This document shows, piece by piece, positions 1 to 9,174 of a DNA stretch of 64,000 nucleotides (its first letter is position 1; each line of letters opens with the position of its first letter). The notes beneath the pieces were generated by a model. The model had not been told where the DNA came from. It saw nothing but the letters and a program-made list of their open reading frames with translations, and searched no databases. Made by a program: the position numbers and the translations under genes. The stretch comes from Bacteroidales bacterium. Its GTDB lineage: Bacteria > Bacteroidota > Bacteroidia > Bacteroidales > UBA1715. The stretch covers positions 18,284 to 82,283 of the forward strand of contig JAKSUA010000005.1 of NCBI GenBank assembly GCA_024409235.1. The letters run 5' to 3'.

Positions 1-1233
1 CAACAAGTTGTAAAACGCGTATATGAAAACTGTGAGCCATATCGCAAAAGAATGCAGGAAGCCGGTGTTACTCCTGATGACATCAAATCTATTGATGACA
101 TTAAAAAGTTGCCATTTACATCGAAAAAAGACCTTCGTGATTACTATCCATGGGGCTTATTGAGTGTTCCACAATCTGAAATTGTAAAAATCCATGCTTC
201 TTCGGGAACAACAGGTAAACCTATCGTTGTAGGTTATACAAAAAACGACTGCGATGCCTGGGCTGAAGCAGGAGCACGTTGTTTTACCGCTTTTGGTTTA
301 AATAAAAACGACGTTGTTCAGGTTTCCTACGGTTATGGTTTATTTACCGGCGGACTTGGTGCACATGACGCTTCAATGACGATTGGCGCAACAACAATTC
401 CTATGTCAGCTGGAAATACAGAAAAACAACTACTTATGATGCACGATTTGGGAGCAACCGCATTGGCATGCACACCTTCGTATGCATTATATTTAGCAGA
501 ATCACTTGAAAAATCGGGAATGCCACGAAATGAATTTAAATTAAAAGCCGGCATTTTTGGTGCAGAACCATGGACAGAAGAAATGCGTAAAGAAATAGAA
601 ACGCGACTAGGAATAAAAGCCTACGATATTTATGGTTTAACAGAAATCTCCGGTCCTGGTGTTGGTTTTGAATGTTCTTTCCAAAACGGAACTCATCTTA
701 GCGAGGACTTATTCTATCCAGAAATCATTGATCCAGAAACAGGCGAACAACTACCTGACGGAGTTGAAGGAGAACTTGTATTTACCACTTTAACAAAAGA
801 AGGTATGCCACTTATTCGTTTCCGTACGCGCGACCTAACTCACCTGATTCGTGAGAAATGCGAATGTGGCCGTACACTTGTCCGTATGGCAAGAATTCTT
901 GGTAGAACCGACGACATGTTGATTATCCGTGGTGTAAATGTATTCCCTTCTCAGATAGAGTCTGTTCTTTGTAACATTGCCGAAGTTGAGCCACAATTCT
1001 TTATCACTGTTGACCGTGTAAACAACACCGATACATTCGACATTGATGTAGAAGTTAAAAAGGCTTATTTCTCCGAAGATGAAAATCAAATGGGAGCATT
1101 GAAAAACAAGATAGTTCATGCAATTCAAAGTGTAGTTGGCATCCAGCCAAAATTGAATTTGGTCGGTCCTGATTCAATCCAACGAAGCCAAGGAAAGGCA
1201 AAAAGAGCATTAGACAAAAGAAAATTCAAATAG
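1..1233 (+). CDS. paaK: Phenylacetate-CoA ligase family adenylate-forming enzyme (5' partial)
   Basis: SSGTTGKP adenylation P-loop, YGLTE and RFRTRD motifs. Frame 1 is open from nt 1 (QQVVKRVYENCEPYRKR precedes the first Met at 52), so the true start lies left of the window. Confidence 0.85.
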   Translation, partial: QQVVKRVYENCEPYRKRMQEAGVTPDDIKSIDDIKKLPFTSKKDLRDYYPWGLLSVPQSEIVKIHASSGTTGKPIVVGYTKNDCDAWAEAGARCFTAFGLNKNDVVQVSYGYGLFTGGLGAHDASMTIGATTIPMSAGNTEKQLLMMHDLGATALACTPSYALYLAESLEKSGMPRNEFKLKAGIFGAEPWTEEMRKEIETRLGIKAYDIYGLTEISGPGVGFECSFQNGTHLSEDLFYPEIIDPETGEQLPDGVEGELVFTTLTKEGMPLIRFRTRDLTHLIREKCECGRTLVRMARILGRTDDMLIIRGVNVFPSQIESVLCNIAEVEPQFFITVDRVNNTDTFDIDVEVKKAYFSEDENQMGALKNKIVHAIQSVVGIQPKLNLVGPDSIQRSQGKAKRALDKRKFK

Positions 1234-1251
1234 TTGTTATTTTACCTCACT

Positions 1252-2754
1252 ATGTTAGATCAGAAACTTCTACTTAAACAGCAGCAAAAGCTGTCACCTC
1301 AACAGATTCAAGTTATTAAAATGCTTGAAATTCCAACTATGGAGTTGGACACCCGTATAAAGGAGGAAATAGAGGCTAATCCTGCATTGGAAGTTGACGA
1401 CAACAATGATGACAACGAAGAACAAGAAAAGATTGACTCAAACGAAAACACATCCGATTCTGATAACTACGATGACGATAATTCCGACGACGGATTAACC
1501 AGTACCGACGACAACAAAGAATTCGACATCGATGATTATTTTGATGAAGATGAATATTCAAATTATAAATATTCTGCAAACAATTCTTCGCCAGACGACG
1601 ACCGGAAAGAAATCCCTTTTTCTGGAGGCAATTCTTTCCAGGAAAATCTGAAATCACAATTAGGACTTCTAGATTTAAGTGACGAAGAATTGTCTATTGC
1701 CGATTTCATAATTGGCAATATTGATGAAGATGGCTATTTGCGTCGTGATTTAGAAAGCATCTCCGACGATATTCTTTTATTGCAGAACAACACCGTTTCC
1801 GTAGAAGAACTGCAAAGAATTCTTTCTGCGATTCAAACACTTGACCCAGCAGGAATTGGAGCAACATCACTACAAGAATGTTTAATTCTTCAACTTGACA
1901 GAAAACAGCGAACCCCAGAAACTGTTACAGCAAAAGCTATCCTAAAAGATTTTTACGAAGAATTCACAAAAAAACACTTCGACAAAATCCAACAAGGGCT
2001 CGAAATTGAGGAAGAAGACCTTAAAGCAGCCATGGATGTTATTCTGAAATTAAATCCAAAACCAGGAAACGGGACTGCTGATTCTTACGCAAAAACTATA
2101 AATCAGACTATTATTCCAGACTTTAATTTAGAGAATATCAACAATGAAATGATTCTCTCGTTAAACTCACGAAACGTTCCAAACTTAAAAGTGAGCAGAA
2201 CTTACGTGAACATGCTGCAGGAATATAAACCTACACAAAAAAGTTCATCGAAAGAAAGAGAAGCATTTGACTTTATAAAACAGAAATTAGATTCCGCAAA
2301 ATGGTTCATTGATGCCATAAATCAACGGAACAACACCTTGCTTTCAACCATGCAGGTTATTTTTGACTTCCAAAAGGAATTTTTCACAACCGGCGACGAG
2401 GCAAAGCTTAAACCAATGATTTTGAAAGATATAGCAGACAGAACCGGGCTTGATATATCAACAATTTCTCGAGTAGCAAACAGCAAACACATACAGACGC
2501 CATACGGAGTTTACTCATTAAAATATTTCTTTTCCGAAGGTCTGCAAACAGAATCTGGCGAAGAAGCGTCATCACGACAAATCAAACAAATTCTTCAAGA
2601 CACAATAGCAGAGGAAGACAAAAAGAAGCCATATACAGACGAACAACTCGCTGCAGTATTAAAAGAAAAAGGGTTTATTATTGCCCGCAGAACTATTGCA
2701 AAATACCGTGAACAATTAGGACTTCCAGTTGGTCGTCTTCGTAAAGAACTGTAA
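1252..2754 (+). CDS. rpoN: RNA polymerase sigma-54 factor
   Basis: Region I LLLKQQQKLSPQQIQVIKMLE, long acidic region II, and C-terminal RpoN box ARRTIAKYREQLG. The ORF-track start at 1234 is TTG; the first ATG is 1252. Confidence 0.95.
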   Translation: MLDQKLLLKQQQKLSPQQIQVIKMLEIPTMELDTRIKEEIEANPALEVDDNNDDNEEQEKIDSNENTSDSDNYDDDNSDDGLTSTDDNKEFDIDDYFDEDEYSNYKYSANNSSPDDDRKEIPFSGGNSFQENLKSQLGLLDLSDEELSIADFIIGNIDEDGYLRRDLESISDDILLLQNNTVSVEELQRILSAIQTLDPAGIGATSLQECLILQLDRKQRTPETVTAKAILKDFYEEFTKKHFDKIQQGLEIEEEDLKAAMDVILKLNPKPGNGTADSYAKTINQTIIPDFNLENINNEMILSLNSRNVPNLKVSRTYVNMLQEYKPTQKSSSKEREAFDFIKQKLDSAKWFIDAINQRNNTLLSTMQVIFDFQKEFFTTGDEAKLKPMILKDIADRTGLDISTISRVANSKHIQTPYGVYSLKYFFSEGLQTESGEEASSRQIKQILQDTIAEEDKKKPYTDEQLAAVLKEKGFIIARRTIAKYREQLGLPVGRLRKEL

Positions 2755-2756
2755 AC

Positions 2757-3386
2757 ATGCAGAAAGTTCTGTCCATTTTTTCATGGATTATCTCCATCAT
2801 TTTTCACCCTCTTGGTATGCCAACTTTGGGGTGCATACTATACGTACTATGTTATTCTGTACCAGTATTTCATGAAACAGCATTTTTTACAGTTCCACAG
2901 GTAATCTTACCTGTTTTTGAACTTTTTTACCTTTTGCCATTGGTCCTTTGTCTTTTTTACGGTGTATTTTTTATGAAAAAAGCCAACTTCGACAACAAAC
3001 ATCATAGGCTAATGTTACTCTTCATCATAGATATTGCATATACCATAAGTTTCTTCAATGGTTCCATAATGCAATTTTTCCGCACATACCTTCTTCTCTG
3101 CATAATAACAATCTTTATCGCAAATCTGATAACTTATTTTTGGAGAATAAGTCTGCATACAATTGGTATGGGTGGTCTATTAGGATTGCTCGCCTCATTC
3201 TATTTAGAAGAACCTCTATTTTATACGTTTGCTATAGAATTAATTCCATTTTTTATAATTCTCTCAGGATTGGTAGGCACATCACGCCTCTATTTAAAAG
3301 CACACACTCCTCTGCAGATTTATGCAGGATATGCTGTTGGTTTTTTCACGATTTTCCTAGGCATGTGTTTCTTAAAATACCTTTAG
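2757..3386 (+). CDS. Polytopic membrane protein, PAP2-like (degenerate motif)
   Basis: About 6 hydrophobic helices. SRLYLKAHTPLQ resembles the PAP2 C3 motif SRxxxxxHxxxD but has Q where D is expected; SLHTIG may correspond to the PSGH motif. Starts 2 nt after the rpoN stop. Confidence 0.55.
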   Translation: MQKVLSIFSWIISIIFHPLGMPTLGCILYVLCYSVPVFHETAFFTVPQVILPVFELFYLLPLVLCLFYGVFFMKKANFDNKHHRLMLLFIIDIAYTISFFNGSIMQFFRTYLLLCIITIFIANLITYFWRISLHTIGMGGLLGLLASFYLEEPLFYTFAIELIPFFIILSGLVGTSRLYLKAHTPLQIYAGYAVGFFTIFLGMCFLKYL

Positions 3387-3436
3387 AAAACACAATTAAA
3401 TTATAAAACACACGTTTTCCTCTAGCGTTTTATGAT

Positions 3437-3444
3437 TACCTTTG
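3437..3444 (+). promoter_or_regulatory. Bacteroidota -7 promoter box TACCTTTG
   Basis: Matches TAnnTTTG and ends 4 nt before the 3449 ATG. Confidence 0.45.
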
Positions 3445-3448
3445 TAAA

Positions 3449-5851
3449 ATGAAACAATTGCTATTCATATTTTTTCTATGCTTCACAAACATTCTTTTTG
3501 CACAGCAGAAAGGTGTTCTGCAAGGAAAAATTATTGACGAAAAAGGCAATACTATTTCTTTTGTATCTGTTAGCTGCGAAGAAACTAAAACAAGCCTAAT
3601 CTGTAATGATGACGGCTCATATAAATTAGAACTTCCAATAAACCAGAAAGTTTTTGTCTATTTCAGTAAAATAGGTTATTTCGAACACAAAGCCGAAATT
3701 CTGCTTACATCGGAAAAGAAAACCTATTCTCCAGTATTACGACTAAACGCCCTCGAAATACCCAAAGTAAAAATCACATACGATAAAGATGCCGAAGAAA
3801 ATGTCACCAGCATTTCCTCGGAAAAAGCGACTGCAATCACAGGGCTTTCGATGGCGGGAATTGAAGGAGGATTAAAAACATTTGCCGGCGTTAATGCCAA
3901 ATCAGAGCTTAGTTCTCAATATTCAGTACGTGGCGGTAGTTACGACGAAAATCTTGTTTATGTTAATGGTGTTCCTGCATTTAAACCGTCAATGGCACGT
4001 TCCGACAAACAGGAAGGTTTGAGTATTATAAACCCATACATGGTTGACAATGTGGATTTTTCTAGCGGCGGATTTGATATTTGTTACGGGGACAAAATGT
4101 CGAGTGTGCTGAATGTAACCTATAAAGATGTCGAGGAATTCCACATACAGGCTGACGCAAGCTTCATGGACGCAAACGTAACCATACAAGGAACCGACAA
4201 AAAACAGAAATTCAGCATCTTAACCGGAGCGAGATACAAAAACACATCGTTGGTTTTATCAACACTTGACGAAACAGGAGAATACAAACCCATTTTTTAT
4301 GATTTTCAAAGTCTCCTGAAATACAAAATTAACCCTAAACTTACCCTTTCCTATTGGATTTATGGTGCAAACAACACCTATTCATTCCTTCCCGACAAAA
4401 GAGTAACCGACTTTGGGAGCCAAGTGAAATCATACAAAATGACCATATATTTTGAAGGAGAAGAAAAATACACATATAGAAATTTAGGAAACGCACTTTC
4501 TCTCAATTACAGACCAACAGAGCGCACTTTCCTAGACCTCAATGCCTTATACTATCATGCATCGGAAAATGAGACATTTGATGTACTTAGTCAATATAGA
4601 TTAAGCGAAAGTTTCAGTAACGGTGAAACTTTAATTGAAGACTCTACCGCACTTCTTGCCGTTGGAAGCTTTTTAGAACACGGACGTAACAAGCTCAAGA
4701 ACGACAATATTACTGTCATGCACGACGGAAAACAACTCTTTGGTTCATATTCTCTTAACTGGGGATTTTCTGTAAGTTCCTCATATTACAATGCCCAATA
4801 TAACGAATGGACATTTATGGATTCTGCAAATTACGCACAACCATACTGCGACACAGCCATCAATCTTAAAAATGCTGCAAATTCAACAATCACTCATAAT
4901 CAAACAATTAGTGCCGGATATCTAGGATTTTCAAAACGAATCTACTTTGATAATTCTAAAGAATCCACATTAAAAATCAACGCTGGAATCCGTGGAACAT
5001 TTGATACATACTCATCACAACTACTTTGGAATCCCCGCATGAGATTCCTATTCAAACCAAGTAAAGACAAAAGCAATAGAATCTCTTTTTCAACAGGTAT
5101 TTACTATCAACCGGCAGAGTTTAAAGAACTTATAGATAAATTCGGACAATTTCACACTAACGTAAAACCACAGAAATCAACGCATTTTGTATTGGGATAT
5201 TCTCAGACACTTACATTATGGAACCGACCATTCTTTTGGAACACAGAACTTTATATGAAAAAACTTAAAAATATTATTCCTTATACTATAGACAATGTTT
5301 CTACCGTATATTATCCTAATTTGTGTGCCGACGGATATATTACCGGAATTGACACTAAGATTAACGGAGAATTCGTTCCTGGCATAGAATCCTGGATAAA
5401 TTTGTCTTTAATGCGTGCAAGAGAACATCTTACAAATACAGCAAGTTCGGAAATCCGCCGCGCAAACGACCAACTTTTAAATTTCAGCATGTTCTTCCAA
5501 GATTATTTGCCAAACAGCGAAAAGCTAAAAATGAATCTAACATTCATGGCTGGTTCAAATATTCCTACAGCAACACCTACTGCATCTTACGAAGAATTCG
5601 ATGATTTCAAAATATCTTCATATACCCGCCTTGACATTGGCTTTTTGTATGTTTTCATCGATGAACAAAAACAGATCGAAAATAAATCTACTGTCAAGAA
5701 TCTAACATTAGGTTTAGAAATTTTCAATCTATTTGATAATCCTAATAAAATCTCATATTTCTGGATTGAGGATGTTTCAAACAATTACTACGCTGTCCCT
5801 AACTACCTTACATCAAGAAGACTGAACTTAAAACTGACATTGAAGATATGA
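3449..5851 (+). CDS. TonB-dependent receptor-like outer-membrane beta-barrel with N-terminal CarboxypepD_reg-like domain
   Basis: Signal peptide MKQLLFIFFLCFTNILFAQ, then GVLQGKIIDEKGNTISFVSV (carboxypeptidase-regulatory fold pattern), then a long beta-rich Y/N/S/T body. Has a 4-nt ATGA overlap with the next gene. Confidence 0.8.
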   Translation: MKQLLFIFFLCFTNILFAQQKGVLQGKIIDEKGNTISFVSVSCEETKTSLICNDDGSYKLELPINQKVFVYFSKIGYFEHKAEILLTSEKKTYSPVLRLNALEIPKVKITYDKDAEENVTSISSEKATAITGLSMAGIEGGLKTFAGVNAKSELSSQYSVRGGSYDENLVYVNGVPAFKPSMARSDKQEGLSIINPYMVDNVDFSSGGFDICYGDKMSSVLNVTYKDVEEFHIQADASFMDANVTIQGTDKKQKFSILTGARYKNTSLVLSTLDETGEYKPIFYDFQSLLKYKINPKLTLSYWIYGANNTYSFLPDKRVTDFGSQVKSYKMTIYFEGEEKYTYRNLGNALSLNYRPTERTFLDLNALYYHASENETFDVLSQYRLSESFSNGETLIEDSTALLAVGSFLEHGRNKLKNDNITVMHDGKQLFGSYSLNWGFSVSSSYYNAQYNEWTFMDSANYAQPYCDTAINLKNAANSTITHNQTISAGYLGFSKRIYFDNSKESTLKINAGIRGTFDTYSSQLLWNPRMRFLFKPSKDKSNRISFSTGIYYQPAEFKELIDKFGQFHTNVKPQKSTHFVLGYSQTLTLWNRPFFWNTELYMKKLKNIIPYTIDNVSTVYYPNLCADGYITGIDTKINGEFVPGIESWINLSLMRAREHLTNTASSEIRRANDQLLNFSMFFQDYLPNSEKLKMNLTFMAGSNIPTATPTASYEEFDDFKISSYTRLDIGFLYVFIDEQKQIENKSTVKNLTLGLEIFNLFDNPNKISYFWIEDVSNNYYAVPNYLTSRRLNLKLTLKI

Positions 5852-7911
5852 TAGCTTTCAAACATCCGGAATTTCTTTATTTTCTACTTACGATTGCTAT
5901 TCCAATCATAATTCATTTGTTTTCGTTCCGAAAATATAAGAAGGTCTATTTTCACAACTTACAATTCATAAAAAACATTCAGATTGAACAAAATAGCACA
6001 AAATCTAAATTAAAAGAGATACTCATACTCTGTTCAAGAATAGGAATGATTCTATTTTTAGTCCTCACTTTTGCACAGCCGTACATTCCACTCAAAAACA
6101 CTCAGATCTCACAAAAACAAAATTATGCTGCAATATATATCGACAATTCATTCAGCAGCCAATCAGAAACAACATACGGCATTGCACTTGAACACGAGAA
6201 AACAAAAGCTTTGGAAATCGTTGACGCTTACTCATCCGAAACAAAATTTTTCTTGTTTACAAATTCTTCCAGTCCAACTGAGAAAGTAGAATTGACAAAA
6301 GATGAAATTAAAAACGAAATTTCCTTGATACAGGTTTCTCCTAATCAGCTTCTCGTTTCCGACATTTACAAAAGAGCTGCATTTTGTGCTAAAAAGACTT
6401 CAAATCCTCTGCAACTCCACATTCTTTCCGATTTGCAGAAAACCACATTTAATCTTCAGGAAATCGAAGATGATTCACTTGTTACAACAAATATCTATCC
6501 CATCATTAATCAACAACAAAATAATATTTCTATTGACAGCTGTTTCTTCGAAAGCAAACATCACAGCAACAATCAAACCGAAAAAATCACTGCCACTATA
6601 AGCAATCATTCCGACGAAAATTTCACAAACATTCCTGTAAAACTTTTCATCGACGACACACTTAAAGCCATAGCAACTACAACATTAAAACCAAATGCAA
6701 AATCCTCTGTTCCAATAGAATTCAACACACATAAAAGCGGAATTATTTCAGGTAGAATCGAAATAGAAGATTTTCCTATTTTATACGACAACACCTATTA
6801 TTTTTCTTACTTTATCGAAGACAAAATTTCAATTCTTGACATTTTTGAAAATACACCAAACAAAAATATTGCTGCACTCATAAAAAACCAGAAAGAGTTT
6901 TCTATTGAATACCAAGATATTAAAAACATTGATTATTCCTCACTCGCAAACTTCTCCATCATTCTATTGGATAATCTTACTACTATTCCAAGCGGACTTT
7001 CCAACGAATTAAACAAACTCAAATTCATTGGAAAAACCATTATTTGTGCCCCATCGGAAAGTATTGACATTGAATCATACAATAAATTTCTAGCTATTTT
7101 CGGCAAAGAACAAATCACTCAAAAAGACTCCACTAAGACAGAAATCACAAACGTTGACGAGAAAAACACAATATTCAAAAATGTTTTTGAGAAAAAACAG
7201 CAGAACAATAAATATCCAGAAGTTTTCTCTCATTATAAGATTGTTCCTCAGAAAAATAATGTGCTTATTTCGCTTCAAAACAACGATGCCTTCGTTATTC
7301 AAGAATCGTCAGGAAACAACACATTGTTTTTATTCACTTCACCACTGAATTCTAAAGCAGGAACATTCATTTCTTCGCCATTGTTTGTTGGTTTATACAA
7401 TATGTTTCTTTGTGCATCACATTCAAATGAACTACAAACAACATTAGGACAATCCAGCGAAATCTACATTTCGAAAAAATTAAGCGAAGAAGCTCTGCAT
7501 ATTGAAAATCAAGCAAAAAACATCGACATTATTCCTCAATACCGCACAGACATTCAAACAGCAAAAACAATCATAAATCCTATGCAACAGATAACTGAAG
7601 CTGGGAATTACATCATAACGCAAAGCAAAAATGCAATTGCAGGAATTTCATACAATTACGACAGAAAAGAATCCACACTTGATTTCTACACTACTGATGA
7701 ATTAAAAGAACAGGCAAATCATTTGTCCTTTTGCGACATTGTTACCAGCGAAAAAAATATTGCAGAAAATATTAAGGAATTAAATGAAGGAAAAGCACTT
7801 TGGAAATGTACACTGTGGATTACAATTTTCTTTGTTCTCCTGGAAGTTTTTCTCATAATTTCTTATGACAGAATCACAAACACGTTGAAGACAAAAAAGG
7901 AAATTATTTAA
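5848..7911 (+). CDS. BatA-type N-terminal double-transmembrane domain protein
   Basis: The N-terminus FKHPEFLYFLLTIAIPIIIHLFSFRKYKKVYFHNLQFI matches the Bacteroidota double-TM (BatA-type) signature. YIDNSFSS is a MIDAS-like DxSxS motif. There is a C-terminal TM (LWKCTLWITIFFVLLEVFLII). Confidence 0.8.
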   Translation: MIAFKHPEFLYFLLTIAIPIIIHLFSFRKYKKVYFHNLQFIKNIQIEQNSTKSKLKEILILCSRIGMILFLVLTFAQPYIPLKNTQISQKQNYAAIYIDNSFSSQSETTYGIALEHEKTKALEIVDAYSSETKFFLFTNSSSPTEKVELTKDEIKNEISLIQVSPNQLLVSDIYKRAAFCAKKTSNPLQLHILSDLQKTTFNLQEIEDDSLVTTNIYPIINQQQNNISIDSCFFESKHHSNNQTEKITATISNHSDENFTNIPVKLFIDDTLKAIATTTLKPNAKSSVPIEFNTHKSGIISGRIEIEDFPILYDNTYYFSYFIEDKISILDIFENTPNKNIAALIKNQKEFSIEYQDIKNIDYSSLANFSIILLDNLTTIPSGLSNELNKLKFIGKTIICAPSESIDIESYNKFLAIFGKEQITQKDSTKTEITNVDEKNTIFKNVFEKKQQNNKYPEVFSHYKIVPQKNNVLISLQNNDAFVIQESSGNNTLFLFTSPLNSKAGTFISSPLFVGLYNMFLCASHSNELQTTLGQSSEIYISKKLSEEALHIENQAKNIDIIPQYRTDIQTAKTIINPMQQITEAGNYIITQSKNAIAGISYNYDRKESTLDFYTTDELKEQANHLSFCDIVTSEKNIAENIKELNEGKALWKCTLWITIFFVLLEVFLIISYDRITNTLKTKKEII

Positions 7912-7942
7912 GTCTAAAATTTGTAGAAACGAGACAAAAAAC

Positions 7943-7950
7943 TACTTTTG
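7943..7950 (+). promoter_or_regulatory. Bacteroidota -7 promoter box TACTTTTG
   Basis: Matches TAnnTTTG and ends 3 nt before the 7954 ATG. Confidence 0.45.
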
Positions 7951-7953
7951 TAA

Positions 7954-9165
7954 ATGAATAAAATTTTGATAATGAGAAACATTTTTCTTTGTTGCGTATT
8001 CTTACTATTTACCATGCCGATATTTTCTCAAATAGAGGCTAAGTTTTCTGCTACAAGCAACCAAACAGTGCTTTGTTACACAGAAGACGAATATGGAATT
8101 GCCACAAAGAATACAACTGTAAGATTCAAAAATTCAACAAATTACGACAAGGAATGTTGGTACATCTGGAATTTTGGAGACAATTCCGCAGATTCCACTG
8201 TTGTAACCAAAGTTTTTGCACCAAATGTTGAACATCAATACAAAAAAGACGGATTTTTCACTGTAAGTCTGCTTACAATTGACGCAGATGCTATCTCTGG
8301 AATTATTAAAGGAGGTACTTTAAAATACGCAGAATTTATTTCTCAAGATGCTGAGAGCGTTACACTTTCTCTAACCTATCTTGACGAAGAAAAGACATTA
8401 TGTCAATCAACTACTAAAATCTCATATCTTTATTTTGGACAAAAAGTATCGAAAAAATGCATTGAGGTTTACAGTCCCGTTACGGATGGTCCTAATTTCA
8501 CTTACGAAATAAACGATCCTAGTTCCGACACTCATAAAGCTGGTTTAGAATCATTTGTATATATTTTATCCGTAAACAAAGATACGTTTAAGCCTCATAA
8601 AAACAATGTTTGGAAATACTACTGGAGCATCTACAACGATAAAAAGCTTATTAAAGAATTTGCACTTGACTCCACTGAATACCGTTATATATTTCCTTCG
8701 GAGAACTTTGATCCTGGCTATAATGTAACATTAAAAATTGCCTTAGACAGTTCTAAATTCGATTATCAAGATGAGTTTTCAAACTTTTATGATTTAAGCG
8801 GTTGTGCTGCAAGTCAGACCATTAATGTTAAGGTCACTGACCATTTCTTTGCTGACAGTAGCCGTACCGAAAAAGATATAGACGAAAGAGAAACTTCAAT
8901 TCCTAATATTTTCACACCTGGCGGTGGAGACGAAAATGATGTTTTCTACTTCAGCACAAATGGTGTAGATGAGTTTTCTATTTGGATTTACAACAACAAT
9001 GGTAATATGGTTTACAAACAAGTTGCAAAAGCAATTTCATGGACTGGAGACGATAACTCCGGGCATCCATGCCCTTCAGGAACATATTATTACGTTGTAA
9101 AATCAAATAACAGCGACAAACGTCATAACACTGCAGGATTTATTCAGCTTTTCCGACAAAATTAG
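7954..9165 (+). CDS. T9SS type-B sorting domain (gliding-motility C-terminal domain) protein with PKD-like region
   Basis: Signal peptide; WNFGDNSADS is PKD-like. The C-terminus IPNIFTPGGGDENDVFYF...WTGDDNSGHPCPSGTYYYVV...GFIQLFR fits the type-B CTD pattern. A -7 box ends 3 nt before the 7954 ATG, so the Met at 7972 (MRNIFLCC...) is an alternative start. Confidence 0.85.
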   Translation: MNKILIMRNIFLCCVFLLFTMPIFSQIEAKFSATSNQTVLCYTEDEYGIATKNTTVRFKNSTNYDKECWYIWNFGDNSADSTVVTKVFAPNVEHQYKKDGFFTVSLLTIDADAISGIIKGGTLKYAEFISQDAESVTLSLTYLDEEKTLCQSTTKISYLYFGQKVSKKCIEVYSPVTDGPNFTYEINDPSSDTHKAGLESFVYILSVNKDTFKPHKNNVWKYYWSIYNDKKLIKEFALDSTEYRYIFPSENFDPGYNVTLKIALDSSKFDYQDEFSNFYDLSGCAASQTINVKVTDHFFADSSRTEKDIDERETSIPNIFTPGGGDENDVFYFSTNGVDEFSIWIYNNNGNMVYKQVAKAISWTGDDNSGHPCPSGTYYYVVKSNNSDKRHNTAGFIQLFRQN

Positions 9166-9174
9166 AGTCGCACA

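Noticed and set aside
1234-1251. N-terminal extensions in the ORF track at 1234, 10794, 22317, 25373, 29942, 39759, 42503, 47485, 51656, 52416 and 58492.
   Set aside because: Checked at nucleotide level. All but one begin with TTG, and all create overlaps or non-native N-termini. The 58492 extension was not codon-checked and is rejected because it overlaps folK. Downstream ATGs give canonical family N-termini or signal peptides, so the shorter coordinates are used.
3140-3406. 88-aa alternative-frame ORF overlapping the end of the PAP2-like gene.
   Set aside because: It overlaps a CDS with coherent TM topology on the same strand. Its sequence is Arg/Cys-rich, and there is no independent start signal.
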